Made by a program: the position numbers and the translations under genes. This document shows positions 45,308-54,080 of a stretch of DNA of 54,080 nt, one piece after another. Source of the DNA: an uncultured Gammaproteobacteria bacterium (lineage in GTDB: Bacteria; Patescibacteriota; Microgenomatia; Levybacterales; UBA12049); contig CAZSWA010000009.1 of assembly GCA_964610465.1 (NCBI GenBank), forward strand, positions 1 to 54,080, read 5' to 3'. Under the pieces are notes generated by a model. That model saw nothing but the letters and a program-made list of their open reading frames with translations. It ran no database searches and was not told where the DNA came from. Each line of letters opens with the position of its first letter. The stretch's first letter is position 1.

Positions 45308-45373
45308 CAGAGTTGAACTGACTTAGTCCCGCCCTCCGGCGGGATGCCTTTGGCCAACCCTAACTAGCTTGGC
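45308..45373 (-). pseudogene. tRNA-Phe-derived fragment (5' end to T-arm) with a substituted anticodon arm
   Basis: GCCAAGCTA...AAGGCA-TCCCGCC-GGAG-GGCGGGA-CTAA-GTCAGTTCAACTCTG. Confidence 0.6.
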
Positions 45374-45511
45374 AAACTTATGACTTGGGATATTATACCA
45401 AATTAAAGCCTAGTTATCAGCAATTATCTCTTCATACCTACTTTATAAACCTATGAGTTCACTGTAAAAAGCTTGCTTACTATAAAACAAATTTGTATAC
45501 TTACCATACAA

Positions 45512-46090
45512 ATGGAAAAGTTTCTCCCTCTCGCAACTCTCTGTATACTCATTGTAGGGCAACTCTACTGGTTAATAAGTGAAAGAAAATCTGAAAAAGC
45601 CAAACCATTAAAACAATCAAGAACTTCCATCTCGTATTTCAAAAGGTTTATTATAGGAATAATTGATTTATTTATTGTTTTACAATTAATTTCTTTTGTT
45701 TCCTTTTTGCCATTGCCACAGATTCCTTTTCTTTCTTTATTTGGATTTTGTTTAGTATGTATAGGAGCATTGATAAGTGTACAAGCTCGACGTGATCTGG
45801 GCAATAATTGGGCGCATGCTGTAGACTATCAAATAAAAACAAATCATGAGCTTGTAACACAGGGTATTTATCGTTTTATACGCCATCCGATATATATTGG
45901 ATTACTTTTCGGATATGTTGGAGCTGAATTAGTGATACATAGCTATATTGCAATCATTTTTTTTATAGCCGGAGGGTGTCTGGCTTACCTGCAAGCAAAG
46001 AGAGAAGAAAAGCTTTTAAGTAATTACTTTGGAGAAAAATATAAAAAATATATGAAGCACTCAAAAATGTTTATTCCTTATTTTTTCTAA
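45512..46090 (+). CDS. Isoprenylcysteine carboxyl methyltransferase (ICMT/PEMT) family protein
   Basis: LG.NW, HELVT.GIY.FIRHPIY.G, REE..L...FGE.Y..Y. Confidence 0.92.
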   Translation: MEKFLPLATLCILIVGQLYWLISERKSEKAKPLKQSRTSISYFKRFIIGIIDLFIVLQLISFVSFLPLPQIPFLSLFGFCLVCIGALISVQARRDLGNNWAHAVDYQIKTNHELVTQGIYRFIRHPIYIGLLFGYVGAELVIHSYIAIIFFIAGGCLAYLQAKREEKLLSNYFGEKYKKYMKHSKMFIPYFF

Positions 46091-46094
46091 TATG

Positions 46095-46167
46095 TGGACC
46101 CTGCAAGATTCGAACTTGCGACCTTCTCAGTGTAAATGAGACGCTCTACCAGCTGAGCCAAGGGTCC
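46095..46167 (-). tRNA. tRNA-Val (TAC)
   Basis: GGACCCT/AGGGTCC; TCTCA-TT-TAC-AC-TGAGA; GCAAG-TTCGAAT-CTTGC. Confidence 0.96.
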
Positions 46168-46246
46168 AGACGTTCAAAGCAAATTATAATGGATTTCCCT
46201 GTGAGTAGCAAGAATTACAAGATTGCTTCGTCTGGGACTCCCAATG

Positions 46247-49200
46247 TTATTTTCTTAGTTTGGATTTCCCTTCAGAACTCTGGAAAATATAGTAATATAC
46301 AACAGGTATGAAAAAGAGCATGATGCTTCCTGAAAAAAGAAGGCCTGCAATAATTGCTCCTCCCAATCCTTGCCACAGAGCATTTGATAAAGTAATCGGG
46401 ATAAGTCCGACAATTGCAGTAAAAGATGTAAGTGCAATTGGTTCAAGCCGGCTTTCTGCAGCATCAACAATCGCATTGGTAAATTCAAGACCTGCTTTAA
46501 GATTTTGATTAATCTTATCAACAATAAGGATAGAATTTTTGACAACAATTCCAAAAAGAGCAAGCGTACCGATAAGCGCCGGGAAAGACAACGGCGTATG
46601 GGTCAGGGCAAATACAATAAATACACCGGAGATAGAAAGGGGGATAACAAGCATCACAATAAAGGCTTTTCTGAAAGATGAAAATTGCAATACCATGGTG
46701 ATAATAATAAGGAGGAAGGACAAAATCATTGCCTGGAAAATTGAATTTACAGATTCCTGGTTTTGCTGATTGACTCCGCCTGTTGTCCAGGAATATCCTT
46801 CGGGTAAATTGAGTGAGTCTGCATATTTTTCTAAGTTTGCATTTTTCTGACTTACTGAATATCCTTTGGTCACACTTGCAGTTACTGAAATAGTTCTCTT
46901 TCCACTTTCTCTGGTAATTAATGTCGGGTTGGGTTTAAGCGTTATTTTGCCAAGCGCGATAAGCGGCAGAGGACCAGTCTGGGTTGGAATCATAAGAGTA
47001 GTTAATCCTTGGGTTGTTTCAGGACTCGTATCAGTACGAAGTACTATATCCTGTTCTTGGGTATTACCTTGTTCTATTTTTACTTTACTGTCCAATGTAA
47101 ATCCGCTCGCATAGGTACGAAGCCAAAGTCCCAATTGATCCTGTGTCACACCTGCATCAAGCATTTTTTGATAATCTGGTGTAAATACAATTTTGCTGGT
47201 GCCTGACTTTATTGATTTATCAATATTAGTCACTCCTTGCTGTTTTGTAAGATATGCTTCAATTTTGTTGGCATAGGTATCCAGAACGGTTAAGTCATCA
47301 CCAAATAATTTAATTTGTAAATCCGATCCAGCAGGCGGTCCTCCGCTTTCTTCAATGACTGAAAACTTGCCTTTTTGATAATTTGCATATCTATCACGAA
47401 TCATTTGCGCTAAATCGATTGAGGAAATTTTTTGTTGATTGGTTGGTGGGAGAACAACAGTAATTGTTGCGATATTGCTTCCTCCACTTGATGGACCAAA
47501 ACCTGTATCAGGACCTGACCCGACATCAAGAGTTGCCAATTGTACTTCAGGAAGTTTGCGGATATCATCCATTACCTTCAAAGCTTCAGCTTGTGTCTGC
47601 TCAACTCTTGTTCCTGCCGGTAACTCAAGTGAGATGTTTAGTGATTCCTGGGCGCTTGCCGGGAAAAATTCATTGCGTACAAACCCAAGAGGCAAAAGCA
47701 CATACGAAAAAATAGAAAAAATAATAACTGCAGCTAAAGCCTTGCGCCTGTTATTTTTGCTTGAAAGAATGGCATGAAGCACTGATTGATATTTTCTACT
47801 GATAACATCAAAACTGATAAATCCTTTATCCAGATAACGAGCAAGTCTATTTCCTTGTGATTGTCTTTCAGGCCTTCTTCTATTCTGAGCAGAACTAAAT
47901 CGCTTTACCAAAATACTTCGTATCTGAAAATAAATAAAAAGATTTAACGCAAAGATAATTGTTGCAGGGACAAGTGCTACACCTTTTGGCACAAGAAGAA
48001 AAAATACTCCAATAACTAAAAGTAAAATAAGAATCCGAAATAGCATCATGACTCTGTAGGGCACTTGTGGCTTAAGCGCCATAATAACAAGAGGCAAGGT
48101 AACAAACATGGCAACACCAAAAGAAGAAAGGAGAGCGCTTGAGACAACAATTGGAATTGGTTTTATGAATTCTCCGATGATTCCGGTAGATAAAAGTAGT
48201 GGAACAAAAGCCCAGACAGTAGTAAGAGTAGTAGTCAGAATTGCAGTCCTGAAATCCCGCCAAACCAGAAGGCCTGCCTGCATTGGAGTAAATTTATTGG
48301 TGCGATAGTAGGAAGAAAGTGCTGAAATAACAACAATCGTATCATCTACCAGAAGTCCAAGCGCCAAAAGCAGAGAAAAAAAGGCAATAAAACTCAAATC
48401 GATATTGGTCAAACGCATAACAATAAACGTGATAAGAAACGTCAATGGAATTGCTGATGCTGCAATAATTGCCTGTCGCGTGCCAAGAAAGATTACAATT
48501 ACCAGGAACACTAGAACAAAAGTAATGAGTAAATCCCGTACTAGTTCGTTAAACTGACGCGTTATCATGTTGCCAGTATCAAGCACTGTTGATAGAGTAA
48601 CCTGGCCTTTGTATTTTGCCAAAAACGCATTTACTGTATCATGTGCGTCTTTATCAGCAGTTGTCACGTTGGAAGAACTTTTTTTAAAGATACTAAATGT
48701 GATAGCAGGTGACGAAGCACTCCGTGAAGTTGCAAGATAGGAACTCGTAGTTCCTGGTTGCTGACGAATCGCAACGGTTGCAATATCTGAAAGAAACACA
48801 CTTGTCCCGTCCGCCAGCTTAATTCTTAGGTTTCTTAAATCGTCAACTGAGGTGATTGTCGGGTCAATGGTTATTGAAAATGAAGATGCAGAGGTATCAA
48901 TAGTTCCTCCAGGTTGGGCTTTAATGGCAGTAGTTACCGTTTGGGAAAGAAGCGCTGGATTTACACCATATGCTGCGATTGCCTGTGGCTTTATCAGCAC
49001 TTGAATCTCCTGGTTATTAAGTCCACTGGTTATGACTTGATTCACAGTCGTTACATCTTTTAGCTTGTCTTTTAAATTGCGGCTGAAACGGACTAATGAT
49101 GCTTCATCCTGACCGCTGATACTAAATACCCAAATTGGCGCATTCTGAAAATCAAGTTTTTGCACTTGAGGAGTAGTTGCGTCTTTTGGCAGATTGCTCA

Positions 49201-49597
49201 CAGTCTGTACAGCTGTTTGGACATCACTTTCCGCTTTATCTGCATCAACCCCTGAATTAAATTGAATGATTACAGATGAGACAGAATTTTGTGATGTTGA
49301 AGTCATCGTATCAATATTTGGCACGTTACTTACTGCTTGTTCAATAGGAATAGTAAGGAGTGACTCGACATCATTTGGCCCTGCTCCAGGCAAAACAGAA
49401 GAAACAGTTACAATCGCGATGTTTATGGTTGGGTTTAAAACGCGGGGGATATTTAAAAAACTTATAATTCCAATGACAAGAATCATAAAGATGATAAGAA
49501 TCACCAGACGTGCATTGCGAAGATACCGCGCAATTAAGCTATTATCTAATCGCGGGTCGAATTTTAATTTACGTAAATAAGAAGTAAGTATTGCCAT
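46247..49597 (-). CDS. RND efflux permease (AcrB family)
   Basis: PGAGP.DVE...T.PIE, GLLVDDTIVV, GIVVKNSILIVD, RLEPIALTS. Confidence 0.95.
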   Translation of the reverse strand: MAILTSYLRKLKFDPRLDNSLIARYLRNARLVILIIFMILVIGIISFLNIPRVLNPTINIAIVTVSSVLPGAGPNDVESLLTIPIEQAVSNVPNIDTMTSTSQNSVSSVIIQFNSGVDADKAESDVQTAVQTVSNLPKDATTPQVQKLDFQNAPIWVFSISGQDEASLVRFSRNLKDKLKDVTTVNQVITSGLNNQEIQVLIKPQAIAAYGVNPALLSQTVTTAIKAQPGGTIDTSASSFSITIDPTITSVDDLRNLRIKLADGTSVFLSDIATVAIRQQPGTTSSYLATSRSASSPAITFSIFKKSSSNVTTADKDAHDTVNAFLAKYKGQVTLSTVLDTGNMITRQFNELVRDLLITFVLVFLVIVIFLGTRQAIIAASAIPLTFLITFIVMRLTNIDLSFIAFFSLLLALGLLVDDTIVVISALSSYYRTNKFTPMQAGLLVWRDFRTAILTTTLTTVWAFVPLLLSTGIIGEFIKPIPIVVSSALLSSFGVAMFVTLPLVIMALKPQVPYRVMMLFRILILLLVIGVFFLLVPKGVALVPATIIFALNLFIYFQIRSILVKRFSSAQNRRRPERQSQGNRLARYLDKGFISFDVISRKYQSVLHAILSSKNNRRKALAAVIIFSIFSYVLLPLGFVRNEFFPASAQESLNISLELPAGTRVEQTQAEALKVMDDIRKLPEVQLATLDVGSGPDTGFGPSSGGSNIATITVVLPPTNQQKISSIDLAQMIRDRYANYQKGKFSVIEESGGPPAGSDLQIKLFGDDLTVLDTYANKIEAYLTKQQGVTNIDKSIKSGTSKIVFTPDYQKMLDAGVTQDQLGLWLRTYASGFTLDSKVKIEQGNTQEQDIVLRTDTSPETTQGLTTLMIPTQTGPLPLIALGKITLKPNPTLITRESGKRTISVTASVTKGYSVSQKNANLEKYADSLNLPEGYSWTTGGVNQQNQESVNSIFQAMILSFLLIIITMVLQFSSFRKAFIVMLVIPLSISGVFIVFALTHTPLSFPALIGTLALFGIVVKNSILIVDKINQNLKAGLEFTNAIVDAAESRLEPIALTSFTAIVGLIPITLSNALWQGLGGAIIAGLLFSGSIMLFFIPVVYYYIFQSSEGKSKLRK

Positions 49598-49710
49598 AAA
49601 AAAAACGAAAAATGCAAAGCGAAAAACGCAAAATTACAAATGCAGAATACGAAATGATTTTTCTTTTTTGAATTGTTGTTTTACCCTTTTCGCTTTACGT
49701 TTTACATTAA
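49598..49710. repeat. Degenerate heptamer-repeat palindrome in the MFP-RND intergenic region
   Basis: aatgcaaagcgaaaaacgcaaaattac... is mirrored by ...ttttcgctttacgttttacatt. Confidence 0.6.
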
Positions 49711-49713
49711 TTC

Positions 49714-51111
49714 TTAGTTTGTCCTCACTGTGTCTCCTGAAACGATATTCCTATCTAGGATTACCTGGTCTCCTGTATAAAGTCCGCTTGTCACTTCTAC
49801 ATAACTGCCAAAGACATTTCCAAGCGTTACTGTCCGGGTTACTGCTTTCTGGTTTTGCACAACGAGAAGATAATTGGTATTCTGTGTCTGGTATATTGCA
49901 TCAAGCGGAACAAAGGGAACCGCTGATGAAGTATTTACATTTCCAACAGGAATTGCAATTTGCACATACTCTCCATCAGTTGCTGAGATATTTATATCAT
50001 CTGACAAAGGATATACGATAGAGTAGAGCTGACCATCAGTTGCTTCTGTCGGGACAAAAGATGGACGTACCTGATAGCTCGTATTGTTACTATATAGAGT
50101 ACTGGTATCAAGTGTTGAGATATTTCTTGCAATATATCCTGGCACATCAACAATTGCTGATGCTTTGTTATTGGTTGAAGTTATCTCAGCAAGCGGCATT
50201 CCGGGATTTACTTGTTGTCCAACTCTTACATACACACGCTCCACAGTTCCTGAGAATGGACTGGCAGGAAACATCGTTGCTGCATTCACTTCTGCCATAT
50301 TTGCCTGTAATTTGCTTACTTCTTTATTTAACTCAAGTGATTTTTGTTGGACATCAAGCTGAGCAAGCGCTAAGTCTCTCTGTGTATCAGCCAGGCGTCC
50401 TTGAGGTTTCCCGCTATCTGTCTGCTCCTGCAAATTACTAAGTGCTTGTCTCAGTTGATTTTGAGCACCTTGCAATTGATTAATTTGTGATTCTTCCTGA
50501 AGGATAGTTGCCGGTTGAGCGGTTGGATTATTTTTGTCATTGGTAAGTTGCTGATTTAATGTGTCAAGCACTGTTTGATTGGTATTCACAAGCGAGCTTG
50601 TCTGGCTTGCAGATTGTGAAGCAATTGCTTGCATATCAGTGAAGTTATCATGATTGATATTGCCAATATCACGTTGTTTTTGAATTACATTGTTTTGTTG
50701 GTCAAATGTATCAAGGACATTTTGATACTGAGTCTTTGCAATTTGCGCCTGAAGTGCCGGAGCGTTACCACCTTGATAATTGCTGGAAAGAGTAAACAAT
50801 TGTGTGCCTCTTGCTACACTATCTCCTTCAGACACAAAAATATTTTGTACAATTCCAGGAGCAAGAGCGACAATCTTGACAACTCCTGATTTATCAATTT
50901 TTGCCTGAAACATGGCTTTTGGTGTTTCACCAATATTGTAAGTATGAACTGTCTTTACTTGCACGGCAGCGGTTTTCTGCGGTTTTGGTTTACTCAAGAC
51001 ATTGCCGATTATAATAATAAGAAAAAGAAGTGCAAGGGTAGTAAAAAATGAAATGAGTGGTCTTTTTTTGATAAAAGCAGTTATGTGTGTATATAATCCA
51101 CGATAAAACAT
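49714..51111 (-). CDS. RND efflux periplasmic adaptor (HlyD/MFP)
   Basis: TM; lipoyl halves GIV..I.VSEGDSV..G and SPFSGTV...V..GQ.V.PG; long coiled coil; VP..AI, VEV.SGL..GD.VI. Confidence 0.92.
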   Translation of the reverse strand: MFYRGLYTHITAFIKKRPLISFFTTLALLFLIIIIGNVLSKPKPQKTAAVQVKTVHTYNIGETPKAMFQAKIDKSGVVKIVALAPGIVQNIFVSEGDSVARGTQLFTLSSNYQGGNAPALQAQIAKTQYQNVLDTFDQQNNVIQKQRDIGNINHDNFTDMQAIASQSASQTSSLVNTNQTVLDTLNQQLTNDKNNPTAQPATILQEESQINQLQGAQNQLRQALSNLQEQTDSGKPQGRLADTQRDLALAQLDVQQKSLELNKEVSKLQANMAEVNAATMFPASPFSGTVERVYVRVGQQVNPGMPLAEITSTNNKASAIVDVPGYIARNISTLDTSTLYSNNTSYQVRPSFVPTEATDGQLYSIVYPLSDDINISATDGEYVQIAIPVGNVNTSSAVPFVPLDAIYQTQNTNYLLVVQNQKAVTRTVTLGNVFGSYVEVTSGLYTGDQVILDRNIVSGDTVRTN

Positions 51112-51386
51112 AAAAATAGATACTTCTCTCTGCTGAAATACACGAGGCAGCTTAGGTAGAATTCAATAGCTCTACTATATACCATATAGCCTCATTTGTC
51201 AAAATATTTTTGAATTTATTGAAGGAAATTTAAAAAATTGAAATATGAGTATTTCATGAAAAAAGCCTTTCGAGGAACTTCCTTTATGAAGTTATGAGAT
51301 CTCGTACGATTCTGAAGACTCGCAGAGTCTGCACGACCTGCATTTTCGAAAAATGCAAGACGAAGAAAATAATCTTTTTTTGTATG

Positions 51387-51484
51387 AAAAAAGCCCCCTT
51401 GGTAATTGATTTGGGAATTCCTCCTGCTGAAGATATGCTCCAGCAATCGGTTTTCCTTATTCAATCACCTCCTAGCGGGGGCTT
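51387..51484 (-). terminator. Long hairpin with U-tract 3' of GC-rich cassette 2
   Basis: AAGCCCCC/GGGGGCTT, GGTAATTGA/TCAATCACC and TGCTG/CAGCA nested stems; A-run at 51387-92. Confidence 0.65.
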
Positions 51485-51508
51485 CGTTTTGCAACTTTCT
51501 TGTTGCGG

Positions 51509-51874
51509 TTAGGCTTGCGCTGCTCTAAAACTAGAATAATGCAACATGATGCTATTGGGTGGATAGAGCCAGATCCATACACTATGGATTCGGCCATCCA
51601 CCGTATTATGATGTACTTCAAGATGTACCCATCCGTGTGGATAATACATCGCTTTCAACCTGTTATATACAGGTCGAAGCAGTGCTTTCCTTGCTTTTTT
51701 GTTTTGTGGAAGAGTCCGTCCTAAGATGGAGGCCGCTTGCTCCTCAAGCTCTATGCCCTCAGTCAAGAGGACAACTGTCCCGTGAAGAACTTGCTGAATC
51801 TGTGCTACCACGGCTTTATCGAGCTCTCGCTTGATCAGCAGTGCAGCTGCACTAAGACGTGCTTCCATTCCCAA
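51509..51874 (-). CDS. Hypothetical protein (start uncertain, possibly frameshifted)
   Basis: 121-aa ORF. The SD AGAAAGGA and ATG near 51894 are out of frame with it. Confidence 0.5.
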   Translation of the reverse strand: MGMEARLSAAALLIKRELDKAVVAQIQQVLHGTVVLLTEGIELEEQAASILGRTLPQNKKARKALLRPVYNRLKAMYYPHGWVHLEVHHNTVDGRIHSVWIWLYPPNSIMLHYSSFRAAQA

Positions 51875-51952
51875 GAACTGCGGTGCATTGTCATCGTTCC
51901 TTTCTGCTTGTGAGCTTTTTAGACTATGCTGACGTATTACAACAACGCGCTA

Positions 51953-52308
51953 CTAGTTCTCAAACAGTACATAAAGCTTTCCTTCTTCGAAGAAGGCATC
52001 GTAGCGGATTACCACCCATCCGATTCCTCCTTCAACTCTGCCTAGGAAATTAAATTCGCTAGGCGCTGGATCCGTTTTTGGAACAAACTTCATATCTAGA
52101 ATCCAAGTTGAGAACTCAACACCTTTGGCCCCTCTAAGATGAAAATCTTGCAAGGGGTTATAGGATGTCCAAACCCATCTCTTACCTGGTTGTTGGCGAT
52201 CTTAATACACTCGTCCAACGACGGTCCATCAACAATGCGCACTTCTTTGACAACTCTGCGCTTTGCTCCCTCAATAGAGAGACGACCTTCGAAAAGCGGG
52301 GTAGCCAT
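51953..52308 (-). pseudogene. Hypothetical gene apparently split by a frameshift
   Basis: SD AGGAGG precedes MATPLF at 52308; the overlapping ORF 51953-52153 continues in another frame. Confidence 0.5.
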
Positions 52309-52329
52309 CAAAAACCTCCTGACCTGAAC

Positions 52330-52557
52330 TACCTCCCAAATGGTCAGCATGCTGCTTACAAAAACTAAATTATAAGCAAAATGCCTTCCATTTGAGAGGT
52401 ATTTCCGTCGAGTCAAACTCGACTTCACCAAGACTGATTTAATTCGCAACAATTTTAAAGTGCAATTTAAAAATAAAGACGTACTCTAAAAAATAATTGT
52501 TTTCTTTGCATGTCCTTATTTCTATAGTAGAGTAGCAAAAAAGAAGAAACATGTCAA
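52330..52557 (-). promoter_or_regulatory. Promoter, boxA-like motif and leader hairpin of GC-rich cassette 2
   Basis: TTGACA-17-TACTCT with an extended TG (52557-52529); TGCACTTTAAAATT (52464-52451); hairpin 52330-52401. Confidence 0.5.
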
Positions 52558-52783
52558 ATGCTATAGGTTTAAAATTATCTGGAACAAAAGACTATGAGCA
52601 GCTATCAAAAGAGAGGAACTTTCATTCAAAGGACTCCTAAATAGAGCGATTTATCTCATTGCTCTTAGGAAGCACGTCTTAAACTTATATTGTACCTGAT
52701 ATCTTTCATCCAGGATACTTCTTATAAACTCCGGAAAAGGTAATCTACTTCTTATCATAATTTCAATTTGATATACTAAAAAT

Positions 52784-53224
52784 ATGTTATATTGTACACC
52801 ATTTCTTTTATTTGATGGTAATTGTGCAGAAGCAATGACGTTTTATCACGAGTGTCTTGGTGGAGAATTAACTATCACTAAGCTTGGAGATTCTCCCATG
52901 AAAGACATGCTTCCTAAAGAAAAGTGGGAAAGAACTATCAATGCGCATCTCAAAAGTAGTGAGATTGAAATATCAGCGACAGACTGGATGGCATCACCAG
53001 CATACAATCCAAAACAAGGAAATACATTTGCTATATTTGTCATTGGACAATCATACGATGAGTTAAAGGTAGTTTTTGATAAACTCTCAGAAGGAATAGA
53101 TAAAGATAAAGAAGAAAGCCGTTTTCAAGAGCTGCATGATCTGCCCTTTGGAACCTACGGACAGTTTACTGATAAATTCGGTGTTCATTGGATTTTTAAA
53201 GGAGATAGGAAGCTTAGGATATGA
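52784..53224 (+). CDS. VOC/PhnB family protein
   Basis: PFL.FDGNCAEAM.FY...LGG, YGQFTDKFGVHW. Confidence 0.92.
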   Translation: MLYCTPFLLFDGNCAEAMTFYHECLGGELTITKLGDSPMKDMLPKEKWERTINAHLKSSEIEISATDWMASPAYNPKQGNTFAIFVIGQSYDELKVVFDKLSEGIDKDKEESRFQELHDLPFGTYGQFTDKFGVHWIFKGDRKLRI

Positions 53225-53545
53225 AAGTATGTCAGTAAAAGATTTAACTCAAACCTACTACGAGAGTCTTAATCAGAAAAATGATAAATGACAAGAATTT
53301 TGAGAACAAAACATCTGGATTGAACGTACGATTAGTTTGAATTATAAATCCAAACAGCTCTATTCTGACTCGTCACTTTTCTCGGGTGCAGGGGAGAGAA
53401 CACGGTTAGAACCTTGATCGAATCAATTGACTGGAATCCTATACCTGATTTCTCAAATACAATATTCCTAACGGCATAAACTCTCAACCTTAACATTTAT
53501 TTTCCAGAATTAACCAGAAAATTCATTCTAATAAAAAGATTACTG

Positions 53546-54080
53546 TTATATTACAAGCGGAATCCCTATTGCCTGATAAAGCTCTTTTCTTTGTGCCGTT
53601 ACTCTCTGTTGATAAGGAAAAATATCTTTCAAGGAATATTGATAATATCCGCAAACAGCAGACCAAATAGCTTTGTTAGGCGTATCTGGATCGTTTATCA
53701 TCGCACTAGCAGGATATTTATGAGTCATTCTAAAGCAAAATTCTTCTGGGTCTTCTCTTGTTACAACGTATAATTTTAATCCGTATCCATTTATTGCATC
53801 AATCAATATTTTGTTAATATGTTCGTCTCTAAAACCGTATCCTATGATAAGAAGTTTTACCTCATTTCTGTTTAATACTTCTTTAAAAAGTCTGAAGTAC
53901 CATTTCAGTAATGGAACTCGATCAATTGCTCTTTCCTTGTTAATACCAATTACTTTAATGCGATCTCCGTCTTGCGTTACCCATCTTAATGAACCATGAA
54001 GTTTAATATAGGCAAATTCATTCGGATTCCGGTATGTACACTTAAAAATCCGGCACTTGTTTTAAAAACTCATTAGGAGT
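53546..54080 (-). CDS. SIR2-like domain protein, 3' part (window edge; apparent 1-nt frameshift near 54045)
   Basis: Frame open from 54061: YIKLHGSLRW ... LLIIGYGFRDEHIN. Confidence 0.75.

Noticed and set aside
53395-53420. CGGTTAGAA shared with 15891 and the LSR2 C-terminal region
   Set aside because: Only a 9-mer, with no supporting homology.

Overview
This is an AT-rich bacterial window with no rRNA or CRISPR array. Gene content and style (tRNAs without encoded CCA, many near-leaderless genes, small conserved hypotheticals) suggest a Patescibacteria/CPR genome; that assignment is inference. The left half (1-28.5 kb) is an island at the 3' end of a tRNA-Gln(TTG) gene. It holds two intact large serine recombinases (LSRs), a decayed third LSR C-terminus, and a family of recombination-site-like half-sites that share a GC core. 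These half-sites show the 5-bp attP/attB offset known for LSRs, and several would fuse a different C-terminal tail in frame onto the recombinase. Cargo includes glycan-modifying enzymes, membrane proteins, nucleases, a chimeric HsdR, a CheB-CheR-histidine kinase operon and a satellite-like replication/packaging module (TerS-like, Prim-Pol/AAA). The LSR of that module has a strongly structured 5' leader. The right half is mostly chromosomal: TetR, DedA, PEBP, DoxX, acyltransferase, PilB/GspE, VanW, L,D-transpeptidase, LysM-SLT, HD, ICMT, RND efflux, VOC, and tRNA-Gly, -Phe and -Val. It also contains two GC-richer gene cassettes with a shared promoter / boxA-like / hairpin / SD / 3'-hairpin layout, tRNA-Phe-derived pseudo-tRNAs, and TIR, ART and SIR2-like remnants. 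All protein calls come from motif recognition by eye; no database searches were run.
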